This document shows, one piece after another, positions 27,310 through 39,800 of a stretch of 64,000 nucleotides of DNA; the first letter of the stretch is position 1, and every line of letters starts with the position of its first letter. The notes below the pieces were generated by a model that was not told the origin of the DNA, ran no database searches, and saw nothing but the letters and a program-made list of their open reading frames with translations. The translations under genes and the position numbers were made by a program. Where the stretch lies: NCBI GenBank assembly GCA_964016885.1, contig OZ024742.1:120528001-120592000 (forward strand), in the 5' to 3' direction. The stretch comes from Eledone cirrhosa. Taxonomy: Eukaryota.

Positions 27310-27402
27310 CAGAGAGTCCCCCAAAAATGTGTACACATTTTGATTACCTGTACAGGCAATATTTATTAGGATGCTGTTAAAGTTTTTTTGGGGGACACCC
27401 TG
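27310..27402. mobile_element. Tc1/mariner-type MITE (TA target)
   Basis: TA-CAGAGAGTCCCCCAAAAA ... TTTTTGGGGGACACCCTG-TA. Confidence 0.75.
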
Positions 27403-28129
27403 TATATTCTCCCATCAAACATTTAATGCACAGTTAATATTTCTTAGAAAAAAATTCAAATGTATTTGAAACTTGGACAGATAATAGAGTAGTTTGTTGA
27501 AGATAATAGCTGTTTCTTGAAGACAGGAATTGTCTCAAAAAATATTTACTTAGAAATCAAATGAATACTTATTACAAAACTCATGTTAACAATGTTAAAA
27601 TCACAGACAAAATATATTCTTACTTCATTTCGCTGATGATTCAAATGTATATATATATAATTTAATAATATGGTAGTCGTAAGATGTTTTACAGGTGTTA
27701 ATATTAATGTAATAGACATCTATACATTGTGAAGAGCCACAAGTTGAAACTTGGATCACAAGTAACTGGCACTTATTAACATCATATCATCATCATCATC
27801 ATCGTTTAACGTCCATGTTCCACGCTTGCATGGGTTTGGACGGGAGTTTTCCCACTTGAGGCAAGAGTGGTTGTCTTGCTCGCATAGGACTGTCTGGCGG
27901 GTTTTCTACAGCTGGATGCCCTTCCTAACACCAACCACATTTACAGTGTGGAGCTGGGAGGTTTTTACCGTGTTGCCTACACGGCCACATTACAGCGTGG
28001 ACTGTGTGTTTTTTTGTCATGACACCTACACGATCTATATATATATATATATATAAGAAAGTGAGGGTTTTTTTACAAAATGAAAAATAACCGAGGTGTC
28101 CTACAAGAGTGAAAGTATAAAGAAAAAAA

Positions 28130-28356
28130 GATGAAATCGAAAATGCAACTGGAGTCTTATTTTAAAAAAAATATATATATTTATTTGGTTCCTTTACCGG
28201 TTGAGATGGAGGGTCTGTGGTTTTTCTCACATCTGATGTGAGAAAAACCACAACTCTACTTTTGAAAAGCAGAAGAACTGCGAAACCGGTAAAGGAACCA
28301 AATAAATATATATATTTTTTTTAAAATAAGACTCCAGTTGCATTTTCGATTTCATC
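28130..28356. repeat. Perfect 73-bp inverted repeat enclosing an inner hairpin and a decayed hammerhead core
   Basis: Arms 28130-28202 / 28284-28356; inner hairpin 28216-28252; TTGAAAA-GCAG-aagaa-CTGC-GAAAC-CG-GTA at 28262-28291. Confidence 0.9.
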
Positions 28357-28557
28357 ATTTTTTATATATATACAGAGAGAGTTAGTTCCACAACAAATTA
28401 GCAAACCATACTTGAAGACACCCGTTTCACCGAGCAGACTTTAAACCCATGTATGGCTGCAGTGAGAACGGAAGTGTATATTGAACTCATCCTCTGGATT
28501 GAGTGCTCTACATACTACAGATATAACCTCCCAGTTTTTTACCACTATATATATATA

Positions 28558-28675
28558 AAATTTAATATAGAAATGGCTTCTACAGGACTAGAACTGTTTC
28601 ATTCAAAGGAAATCATCAGAAAAACCATCAATGAAACAGTTCTAGTCATTTTGAAGTCATTTCTATATTAAATTT
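28558..28675. repeat. Imperfect ~46-bp inverted repeat with a degenerate hammerhead-like core on the minus strand
   Basis: Arms 28558-28603 / 28630-28675; minus strand CTGATGA-tttcctttgaat-GAAAC; related sequence at 16581-16630. Confidence 0.7.
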
Positions 28676-29152
28676 ACTGAGGTTACCCCTGATTTGACCC
28701 GGGATATATGTGTGTGTGCATATATATATATATATACATTAACAAATTTCTCTAACTCATGCAAATGGATAAAAATATATAAGGTAAGGAAAACACTTGT
28801 AACACATTTAAACCTACAAAAAAAATGAGAAAACTAATACTTATTGACAAAAGAAATCTAAAACTAGGCAATAATTTTGTGTCCAGTGTCATTTATCATC
28901 ATCAAAAATCTTTATTGGTTCTGTACATGTTATTTTCTTTGTCCAGTTCATACACTATTACTCTCATTTAATTATTATTTGGGTACTGGTTCTTAGGAAG
29001 CGATAAATTTGTCACATCGAAAAATTCTTACAAAATAGCTCCAAGAAACTATGTTTAAACATTGAATTATCTACAAATCTCATTTAGGTAAACAGGCCAA
29101 AAATCGTAACAAAGCATTCTATATGTAAAATTGTCAACAAAGCATATTTCAA

Positions 29153-29197
29153 AACTATGCTGATGATGTCCAAAAAGACAGAAACATGTCTATAATT
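29153..29197 (+). ncRNA. Minimal type I hammerhead ribozyme motif
   Basis: AACTATG-CTGATGA-TGTC-caaaaa-GACA-GAAA-C-AT-GTC-TATAATT: intact core, 4-bp stem II, palindromic stem III (ACATGT), GUC site, stem I 6 of 7 paired. Confidence 0.7.
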
Positions 29198-29851
29198 GTC
29201 CCCATAACTACAAACAGAGATAGATTTTCCTCTTAAAAATGTAAAATTATTCAGTGGAATTAATTCTTATATTCTTTCTTTGATTTTCCACTAACAAGTG
29301 CTGCTCGACTTTTTGTTTTCTTTCTCCAGCTAAGAGTAAAACTTGAATTATTTGCATACACCATTCAATACATCACCCTTTCATTTAGATACATCAAGCT
29401 TATCTTGTATGAAGAGGTTACGAGGCTGATCTCAATGCTTAAACATTTCGTTTCTTCTTTACAAACTTATCTCAGTCATGTTTTCAACACATAAACTGTT
29501 ACGGATGAAAAAACTACAATTGTCACAGAGCTTCCTCTAGCTCACCTTAACAGACCTTAACAATGTACAAACTCCTCATTCCTTCTACTTTACATCGTTT
29601 GCTGGTTATTTATAACAGCCTCATTACAACTCTACCCCTAACACATACTCAAATTTATAGTTATATACAGTTACTTATTCTTCCCAAAGTGCCAAAACAA
29701 TTCCAACACATACCAGCTTTCTTTTCTATTATCCAAATTTAAGATACATATATATTATATAAATATTAAAGGGGTTTTTTTTTAGAGAGCAAATAATCAC
29801 AACGCATAAAATATAACTAGATAATCGGTTGCAGGTGCACACATGTGTGTG

Positions 29852-29910
<59 letters not shown>

Positions 29911-30120
29911 ATCATCATCATCGTTTAACGTCCATCTTCCACGCTTGCATGGGTTTGGAGGGGAATTTTCCCACTTGAGGCAAGATTGGTTGTCTTGCTC
30001 GTATAGGACTGTCTGGCGGGTTTTCTACGGCTGGATGCCCTTCCTAACACCAAACACGTTTACATGTGTATATATATATATATATGTATATATATGTGTG
30101 TATATATATATATGTATATA

Positions 30121-30456
30121 TCATCATCATCATTTTACGTCTGCTTTTCCCTGCTTGCAAGGGTGGGACGGGAACTGATTCTGGCTTGATTTCTATAGCT
30201 GGATGCCCTTCCTAACACCAACCTCATTTACAGTGAGTGCTGGGTGCTTTTTTGCCGTGGCACCTCCACGACCACTTTGCAGTGGAATGATAGGGACCCC
30301 AGTCCTATCATCTCATTTCTACAGCTGAGTAAACTGGAGCAATGTGAAATAAAGTGTCTTGCTCAAGGAAACAACACATCATCCGGTCTGAGAATTGAAC
30401 TCACAACCTTTCGATTGCAAGGCCAATGCTCTAACCACTAAGCCATGTGCCTCCAT
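30121..30456 (-). mobile_element. Full-length tRNA-derived SINE family B with RTE-type tail
   Basis: Reverse complement of 39801-40136. Confidence 0.9.
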
Positions 30457-30537
30457 ATATATGTGTATATATATATATATGTATATATATATATGTGTGT
30501 ATATATATATGTATATATATGTGTGTATATATCTATC

Positions 30538-31225
30538 TAGGCCGGGTAAAATTCCTGAGATCCATGGACGAGTTCTCTCCAGCGGTCTCTGTCCCTCATT
30601 ATCGCTGCCATGTCCTGCGTCTCCAACAGACCAGTGTACTGTCCTTAGGGCATCAACATACGTTAACCTTGGTCTTCCTCTTCCAGTGTGTCCATGTAGG
30701 GGCTCCCATAGGAGCACTGAGTGCAATGTCAACTCTGGATGTCAGTGAGCATGTCCAGCTATCCTCAGTCTCCTCTGTGTCACTTTTGAGCTGAATTTTG
30801 GGAGGCTCCCATACAGCTCTGAGTTTTTCATCCTCAGGAGGTTGAGACTGTGTCGATGAGTGTGGGGCTGAGAATGAATGAGACTAAAACAAAATATCTG
30901 GTAGAGAATGTTGAGAAGCCAGAGGGGATTACTAATGTAGGTGGGAAGCCGCTAGAATTGGTTGATGACTTCCTGTATTTGGGAGCAAAGATTGAGAATA
31001 CGGAAGATAATGTGGTTGAGAGGAAGAGCAAAGCTTGGGCGGCGTGCCACAGTTTAAGATCGGTGTGGAAGTCGGACCTTCGTAAAGACCTGAAAATCCG
31101 CCTCTTCATTGCTGTACGGGTCTGAGACTTGGACACTGACCAAGAAACTCACTCAGATGGTGGATGGGTGCTACACGAGAATGCTGAGGATGGCTCTGAA
31201 CATTAATCAGTATACACTGAGGATG
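30538..31225. mobile_element. RTE-clade LINE (family 2) 3' end with 5' inversion: 30538-30837 on minus, 30838-31225 on plus
   Basis: Plus segment encodes KTKY...FLYLG...GSETWTLT...YTRMLRMALNINQYTLRM; minus segment continues LRMKNSELYG...LRIAGH...LLWEP...GRPRLTY. Confidence 0.9.
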
Positions 31226-31265
31226 TGTATATATATATATATATGTGTAAATATATGTATGTGTG

Positions 31266-31296
<31 letters not shown>

Positions 31297-31334
31297 ATAT
31301 ATATATATGTATGTGTGTGTGTGTGTGTGTGTGT

Positions 31335-31618
31335 CATCATCATCATTTTATGCCCGTTTTTCCCTGCTTGCAAGAGTGGGACGGGAACTGATTCTGGCTT
31401 GATTTCTACAGCTGGATGCCCTTCCTAACACCAACCTCATTTACAGTGAGTGCAGGGTGCTTTTTTTCCTTGACACCTCCACTTTACAGTGGAATGATAG
31501 GGACCCCAGTCCCTATCATCTCATTTCTTGCTCAAGGAAACAACACATCACCCGGTCTGAGAATTGAACTCACAACCTTTCGATTGCAAGGCTCTGACCA
31601 CTAAGCCATGTGCCTCCA
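31335..31618 (-). mobile_element. SINE family B with internal deletions
   Basis: Homologous to 30121-30456. Confidence 0.85.
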
Positions 31619-32219
31619 TGTGTGTGTGTGTATATATATATATATTATAATAGAGAGAAAACAAATGTAATGTCACTAGCAACCATTCTTGAAATTCCTG
31701 GCAAGTTAGTAGATTTCAAAACCCAACACGCAGCATGTATATGAAAAACAAGTTCCAATAAAAATAGAAGTATGATAACTAAAACAAATATCCTAGTGAT
31801 AAATCTTACCATGACCAAGACAATCCATTATTTACGAAATAAAAATATATATATAATTAATTAAATAAATACTATTTAAAAAAATTTGGAAGGTAGTTTA
31901 AATAGTTACAAGAAATAGGGCTGATTTACTAAATGGATTTTTTTTTTTTTTTTTTTAGCAAATTAAAAATAAGATGTTCTCAAGAAATTGTCATCGATGT
32001 GAAACGATAACAGGTGTTTCCAACAAACTTTTACCAACTACCCAGCTTTAGATTTGTATTTATTCATAAACAGTGATTTGGTTCCACGGCATACCATTGC
32101 TTGGCATCATAATAATAATAACTATGGTTTCCGATTTAGGCACAAGGCTAACAATTTTTTGGGGAAGGGAAAAGTCGATTAAATCGATCGCAGTAAATAA
32201 TAAGCTAATAAAAACGCTT

Positions 32220-32760
32220 CTCTGTTAGAAATAGCAACCAAATCTTCCTCAGGTAACAACCTGTCATCTTAAAAACATGAAACACTACATTAGATGCCAC
32301 ATTAGTTTCAGGTACACCTTTAAAGGAATAGATGGTAAAAACTGGAATGTCTTATCATAGATCTGATCGATCAAGGTTGATTAGGGGGCTAAACAACTTC
32401 CCAAACGTATAATAAATAACTGATAACTAAATTAACCTGGACAGTTTGTAGATGTTAACTATAGGGAGGAGAAGGGCATCGACGAGGTCGCATCACCTGG
32501 CAAAAAGAACAGCCAAATCTCATGGAAATCACTCTCGACTATCTTGAAGAAATAATAAGAATGTCACGACTAGAATGTTCGAGCTGGGGTTAAACAACAA
32601 TAATAATAACGAACATTGAAACACTACGTATACAAAGAGAGCACATCAACGCAGTCGTTCACCTTGTTAGAAATAGCAGCCAATTCTTCTTCAAATCACA
32701 CAATCTAGATATACAAAAACACATGATGGTCACGACTGGAACGAGGGCTTGGATCGGACA
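32220..32760 (+). repeat. Cluster of an abundant unclassified interspersed repeat (tagaaatagcagccaaatct...gatggtcacgactggaat...ggggctaaacaac); other copies near 2005-2330, 8720-8880, 19700-19880, 33450-33680, 41325-41525, 55650-56200
   Basis: Recurrent degenerate homology on both strands. Confidence 0.6.
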
Positions 32761-33184
32761 AAACTACAGGCAGGAAATACCAGGGAAACTTGGTACGTTT
32801 TATGTTGGTACTAAACAATACATGCAGCATGAAATCTTCATGAAAATAACTCATATGTTCTATAAACTACATAGATTTGCCAATATATAAAAACAAACGA
32901 TATGTAAATTATGAGAAATAAAGGTGATGCTTTACTAATTTTCTCAATGAGATGATATATCGCGAGCAGCTTATAATCTGTGGTGTATGATCATACATAC
33001 ATGCATATATGTGGGGGCATGATTGATATATGTGTGTTAAAAACGCATACATTCATATATCCAGGTTCAACCGAGATCTAAATGATATAAATACAACTCT
33101 GCTTCATGTATCGAATTCCCCGAAATCATCAGTAAATATTTGTTATTTTATAGCTGTAAATCTAAATCTACAACTTAACACACA

Positions 33185-33226
<42 letters not shown>

Positions 33227-34512
33227 TTATACATAAAATGTACACGTGTGTGTGTGTGTGTAACAATTGTGCTATATGTACACAAACATGTTCATTGCAA
33301 GTATCCAAATACATAAGCACTTCACATGAGAGTGGAGGGCCTGATGAAAACAATTATATACATCGGTGACATTGGGAAAAAAATGTTCTAATCAGATGGA
33401 CAATTACGGCATAACGGACTGATTTAATGAGGTCGAAACGCTGTTTCAACCTGTTGTTTAACCCCAAATAAACACCGATACAGCAGACATATGATCAAAG
33501 GAGTTATTTCCATGATCATCTCAGTTTTTTGAGGGGGATAGTTTTCAAGAGTGTAAAATATCTAAAACTATGTTATTCAATGTGTCATTTATTTGTTTAA
33601 GATGATGGGATGCAATTTGAAAAAGCACCCGCTGTTATTTCTAGCAGGTTGAATGACCAAGTACAAGTTCTCTCATTAGCTCGTAAAATGCTTGTTTGTC
33701 AGAATTACAAATAAATTCACCATTAGTATACGATGTAAAAACATTGCCATCAGTTTGATAGATAGCACTTCTATACCAATCCAGAAAATAATATTTATGA
33801 AATATAAAGAACAAGATTATTTTTTAAAATAGCGTAACATTGTGAAGAATATCCGTTAGTAAATAATTATGTATTAGTAGATTTATGAGTACAGAACTAT
33901 GGTTTTTAATATATGGGAAGTTCAAGATTAAAATATCAAAACAACAGCAAAAGAAATTCTGAAATTGAACTGAAAATACAATTTTTAGCTCTAAGTAATT
34001 AAACGTGAAATCACCGTGGGACGGTGCTGTAATACATATTACAACAATCAAGTTAGCTATGAAAACATGTCTTAATGAGTTAAATATATATAGGAAAAAA
34101 GTCGGACCCCGACGGCTGAGCTCCGGCAGATTCGACAGCTAGATCTGTGTGTGTTGAAATTGGCTAGAGATGCAGATGTTTATATACATTGGCGCAGAAA
34201 AGATCTACAATGTGCAATTTACATATAAAAGTGAGAAAAATATTTATGTATACTCTTTCATAAGTAAATTATTTCATTATTTCTATGGAGAACAGCTAAT
34301 ATACACAACTATCAAATGTTAAATGAATGTATCATGGGACCCGAAAGCGTTACTATAGCACTGGCAAACATGCTCAGCAACAAACACGTCTTGTGGAGTG
34401 GTCAACCGAACTGTGTGTATATGTGAATATATATATATATATAGGTAACATGAAAAAATACGTTAACCACAAGCAAATAACAAGTTAAAATAAATTATAT
34501 ATATATATATGT

Positions 34513-34595
<83 letters not shown>

Positions 34596-34640
34596 TGTAA
34601 GTGTTGGTCCTCCTCAATTCTATCAATGGTAACACATTAC

Positions 34641-34754
34641 CTTCTTCCAGTTGATTCTGCTAAGTTACTTCTCTCTGAATACGAACAAACGATTGTATGG
34701 AGAAAGCGGATGGACAGAAAAAGAAATGGAGAACAGAACGAAGAATTTACAGTT
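34641..34754 (-). other. Candidate non-coding (5' UTR) exon of a leftward host gene
   Basis: Minus strand acceptor ccatttttag|AACTG and donor GAAG|gtaatg; non-repetitive, CpG-retaining sequence 0.7 kb from the promoter motif. Confidence 0.45.
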
Positions 34755-35473
34755 CTAAAAATGGAATGTTCACATCGTATAGCTACATAAGTTTGCGGAG
34801 AAAGTATGTGTGTGTAAATATATATATATATATATATATACACACGCTCAACACTAATAACTGTTGTAGTAGTACATAGCTGAATGAACAGGGACAGTAA
34901 ACAAGAGTAGTAGCAGCCAATATGCAAGAGTATATGAGAATACTTTTTGATAAATGCATACTAGAATTTCTTTCTTTAGCATTTTTTTTTTCAATATGTT
35001 TTCTAAGCCATATAATAATGGCAATAACAGGTTACTTATGCAGTAATTTATATCATCTAAATATTTATACACCTATAAACCATGCACGCAACCCGGTCAC
35101 GTTACAAGAGTCTGAAATGGGGATATCAACAACACAAATGCATAGAAGATATTTCTAAATTATATTATTTTCGTCAATGAAACAATACGGGAAACAAGAA
35201 CAACAAAGTAGGTATCGAAATAGCTAAGCTAACTGAAGTTTCAGTTTGATGTATTCAATGTATAATATTTATATATACAACACAAGCGAACGGAGTGATG
35301 GAAGGATGTAAAGAGGTTGGTTGGGCATCGCTGGTCTTCCAGCATTATATAAACATAATGGAATAGTATTTTGTCAATTAATAAAAAGCCACAAGTAACT
35401 GCGTTTTAAAAATAAATCTTTCGTACTATATCAGAGATTCGGTGATAACTGTAGTTAAAAACAATTTACCTAC

Positions 35474-35516
35474 CTTGACAGCTTCAAACAAATCCAAGTA
35501 ATCGCTGGAGAGAGAA
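35474..35516 (-). other. Candidate first exon of the leftward host gene
   Basis: Pyrimidine-rich start (cttctctctcc) next to the ETS-CRE motif; donor AAG|gtaggt at 35474/35473. Confidence 0.45.
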
Positions 35517-35543
35517 GCGGAAGTGACGTCAATCAACGGAAGT
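35517..35543. promoter_or_regulatory. Proximal promoter: overlapping ETS-CRE motif plus a second ETS site
   Basis: GCGGAAGTGACGTCA at 35517-35531 and CGGAAGT at 35537-35543 in a locally CpG-retaining unique region. Confidence 0.7.
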
Positions 35544-36379
35544 AATATATTAAAGCATGTCAGTAGTATATCAGAAACTAAATTAGGTTCCAACTAGATG
35601 CAGACCAACTTTCATATGGCTTTTCATTACATATGAATTTAATATAAGAGGAAGAGGTGTTATTCGTCTTTCCAGAGAATCATTGCACATTTCGGAATTT
35701 AGTCACCGCAGTTCTGTTATAACCTGTTTTAAATTCATTTAGAAGAAATGTATAACCGATCTCATTGGATAAATCTTTTCAAATAAAACTCATTTCCATA
35801 ATATAAAAGGAATGTTGAACCACACCCTTTTCGCGGATCTTCACATTCTCTTATTTATTCTTTTGTGTTGTGTATGTATATTTTTCAATGCTAAATATTT
35901 ACATTATGTGATAACTGGAAACATTTCTGTAGCTGAGTTATGGAGGTGCCAAGTTTTAACTGATAGTTTGTACACTGAAACCCTGTTAAATATTTTCTTG
36001 AACCAGACAGACGACTCTGCTAATTTCAGTCTAATTCAATTTTAAACAAGGTAACTTCATTTATTTAAGGTGTTGTCTGAAGAAAAAGGCCTAAGGCTGT
36101 TCTTTGCATACCTTCCGAATCCATTGAGATTAATGCCATTTATGTTCCTCGTGTAGGAAGAACTGGGTGAAGTATTAGTGCAAATCCTGGAAGTGAGAAA
36201 TGGAGAGACAAGTTAGTTATGAGGACCCCAGTAGAGCTAGTACCTGACTAGCTAGTTCTGAGGAGCAGAGCAAAGCAACAGTATGTCTGTGGCCCAGAGG
36301 TTGGTGTGCGTTGGTGAACAACTACTTGCCAATCAGTCGGCTGATCTTTGAGTGGGAGGATGCAACCTAAAATGGCTGT

Positions 36380-36995
36380 GTATCAGCAACACACTCCACA
36401 TGTGGGAGCAGTACTCCATCTATGTGTAGCAGCAACACTGTCCACATGTGGGAGCAGTACTCCATCTATGTGTAGCAGCAACATTGACCACGTGGGAGCA
36501 GTACTCCATCTATGTGTAGCAGCAACACTGTCCACATGTGGGAGCAATACTTGATATATGTGTAGCAGAAACACTATCCACATGTGGGAGCAAACTCCAT
36601 CTATATGTAGCAGCCACATGTGGGAGCAATACTCCATCTATGTGTAGCAGCAACACTGACCACATGTGGGAGCAGAACTCCATCTATATGTAGCAACCAC
36701 AGTCTACATGTGGGATCTATACTCCATCTATATCTAGCAGAAACACTGACCACATGTGGAGCAGCAACACTATCCACATGTGGTAGCAGTACTCCATCTA
36801 TGTGAAGCAGCAACACTGACCACATGTGGGAGCAGTACTCCATCTATGTGTAGCAGCAACACTGACCACGTGTGGGAGAAGTACTCCATCTATGTGTAGC
36901 AGTCACACTGTCCACATGTGGGAGCAGTACTCCATCTATGTGTAGCAGCCACACTGTCCACATGTAGGAGCTGTACTCCATCTGTATGTATCAGT
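36380..36995. repeat. Minisatellite, 46-bp unit (AGCAGCAACACTGACCACATGTGGGAGCAGTACTCCATCTATGTGT), about 14 copies
   Basis: Direct tandem repetition, period 46 (36431 to 36477). Confidence 0.95.
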
Positions 36996-37334
36996 TGAAC
37001 TTTATAAAGGGTTAATAGTTGTTAGAGCAGAGGTATTTTCTGGCTATAAAGAGGTTGGCTAATTTTGCTGTTGGGGATGTAACATCACCATAGAAGATCT
37101 TCTGTGATAATGAGGCCTAAGTCTTTGTAACAAATTTAAGGGTTCTAGTTTTTGTTGTCCTGCTCATTATTAGTGAGGAGCATATACAATATAGATATGT
37201 ATAGCAATTGTGTCTTTGGGCTGTTGAAGGAGATTAGTTGCATAACCCTATTGGAGAAAGTTTTTGAGGTCTCTAACCATGGAGTTGACAGGTTCAGCAT
37301 GAAAAAAGGTTTGGGAGGATGATAGCCGCTAGAT

Positions 37335-37994
37335 CAGTGTTTCCCAACATGGGCTCTAACGCCCCCTTGTGGGCGCTGTTGTGTTGAAAGGGGGTGCTGA
37401 GAGTGTTATTTCATTTGGGGGGCAGTGAATATACTCAGGTGGGCGGTGGGCATTTATCTATTTTTTTTCTTTCAAATTTTCAAAAAATTAAAAAACACTT
37501 TTTCCACTTTGGCGGCACCAAGCGAATTCCTGGCACCATGTGTAACTGGTGTTGCTAAAGTGAAACCCCCAAAACAAAAACAAAAACAAAAAACAGATGA
37601 ATGATGACAGAAGACTAAAAGAAAAAAAAACAATGAATAAAAGTGAAAAGCTGAATGTGTGTATTTGTATGCAAATATATAAAGAATGGTGGTCAGAATT
37701 TTGGATGAAACTGGCTTTTGGGAGTGACTGATATGTATGTATGGGTATGTATATGATTGTGTGTATGTGAGTGTGTTGCTGTTTTGAATTCCTTTCTGCG
37801 ATTGGACTTAAATCGATCCCTGGTTATTAAAGGCCCAACCACACACACACATTTGTTTTAGGTTTTGTACCCATTTGATGTTAGAGGAATTCAGTATCTT
37901 ATTTGAAATTTAATTTGACCGGGGGGGGGGGGGGGGGGGGGCACTGACAAAAAAGTGTGCACCCAAAGGGAGCGCTGACTGAAAAAAGGTTGAG
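37335..37994. mobile_element. hAT (Charlie-like) non-autonomous element with truncated right TIR
   Basis: Left end CAGTGTTTCCCAAC preceded by gctagat; right end aaaaggttgag followed by ctagat; GC-rich subterminal motifs. Confidence 0.65.
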
Positions 37995-38931
37995 CTAGAT
38001 TGTTCATATTTGGGAGAATGTGTAGTTAAAACTAAACCATAAAACACGAGTTTATAGACAGAGTGCCCCATCAGCATATATTGTCATGGCACAATTTGAA
38101 AGAAAAACTTCAAGCCAAGTGGAAAGAGACTAATAGAGCCCATAGGCTTGTTGTTTATCTAGATCAAGAATTTGAAGAACTGCTTTATTAGAACAGAATC
38201 AATAAAATTAGCTGAAACAATAAAGTCTAAAATGAGTTATTATTAATCCAATTATAATTTTTCAGAAATGAAACATTTTTGTATTTTTCCATTGTTTTAA
38301 TCACTTTGAACTATAGTTATCATCAACTATCTTTTTGGATATGTATATAGGATCATTAGTCTTGGTATGTCAAGAAGGATCAGTCTCATCCCAAAACTAG
38401 GGTGACAACCTTTCAAGTGGCCAACAGCTTCATCCTTATGATGAAGGTAGATGAGCTGAAGCTCAGTGGCGAGCTTCCAAGTAATGGTCAGACAATGTTT
38501 AAGCACCCACCAACATTGATGTTTTCCTGATGAGAATCATGGACATACAGCATCATGTAGATGAACATTGATGCTATTGTCTATAATCCCCAACCCTCAA
38601 TGAGGATAGGGAGAGACCAAACCAGACATAGGTTCTTTTATCTACTATGAATAAGAACTTTACTGCTCTTCCTTTAGAAATAAATATTCTTAGGTTCAAT
38701 TCAGTCTGGTTCCATATCCAATTATAAAACACCTGATTGAAACAAGATGTAGATGTAATATCAAAAATTATTTCCATCCTAGGGATAAGGTTACTCAAAA
38801 AAATTATAAACGTTTCATCCCAAAACCAAACATTTTTATATCAAATCTAATTATGTTGTTCCATTTCTTTTGTATCAGAATTCCCTTTGTCATATGTTCA
38901 CCACCTTAACTTTATTCTGAACATTTCACTA

Positions 38932-39255
38932 TCATCATCATCGTTTTTCCATGCTTGCATGGGTTGGATGGGTCCTTCTCAGCACAGCATCTCTCCACTT
39001 GTTGCATTCCTTCGTCATCTTCTTTAAGACTCTTAATAATTTGAGGTCAGCTCTCACAACCTCTGTCCAGGTTTTTCTTGGTCGTCCTCTACTACAGCTT
39101 CCTACCATCCTACCACTGGAATTTCCTGGCATTTCTTCACTCATCAGTCATTGTCCATGCACATCACATGTCCATACCAATGCAGTTTTCTCTCCTGCAC
39201 ACCACCTCTTAAACCAAGCTTGAACGCTCTTAAACCCAGCTTCTCCCTCAGCTAT
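38932..39255 (-). mobile_element. RTE LINE 3' end fragment
   Basis: WYGHV...GRPRKTW.EVVR.DL..., tail gcaagcatggaaaaacgatgatg; related pieces at 41640-41830 (+), 45890-46170 (-), 60255-60600 (-). Confidence 0.85.
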
Positions 39256-39399
39256 CAATTTCAAATTTCAAAAATGTTATCCATTACAAATTGTTGAAGG
39301 AATATTATTGTTGTTTCTCTGCCGACATCAAGCTTTGACCATCTCATCTTTTTATATATCCTGGCTATATTGTCAAATGTAGCCTTCTTACTTTGTTTT

Positions 39400-39690
39400 G
39401 GCTACCAACCCAGGCATCAGTGCTCTCCAGGCCACAGAAGGCAAACTGTCAAAGTATCAGCCACTGTTTGATAGGTTTGTGGTTAAGCCTGTAGCAGTGG
39501 AGACTTTCAGCATTCTTGGGCCCCACTGGACCATATCCCTACTAACTGCTATCAGAGCAAAGTTAGTTACCTGCAAGTACAAGCCTTGTGGGGTGGAGTG
39601 GCTGTTCCAATGTGTCTCTTTCGCTATACTCCAGGGCAATGTCCTCTCCATCCTGTCTGCTAGGACCAGGAGCCGACTGACCCTTAACCC
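39400..39690 (+). pseudogene. C-terminal restriction-like endonuclease region of a CRE-like non-LTR retrotransposon
   Basis: ATEGKLSKYQPLFDRFVVKPVAVETFSILGP...WLFQCVSFAILQGNVLSIL matches the K..KY...F.PVA.ET.G..G...L.QR.S.A...GNA motif. Confidence 0.7.
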
Positions 39691-39800
39691 GCATTGATAG
39701 ATTTTGAAGACAGTTACACCAATGCTGTTTTCCACTAAATTTGGGTCAGAATATGAGAATTTTATTTGGTTGTTATCTAAAGGAAATTTGGTTGATATTT

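Noticed and set aside
30121-31618. Two similar SINE B copies flanking the inverted RTE, suggesting a composite element or large duplication
   Set aside because: The copies differ by separate deletions and substitutions; independent insertions are simpler
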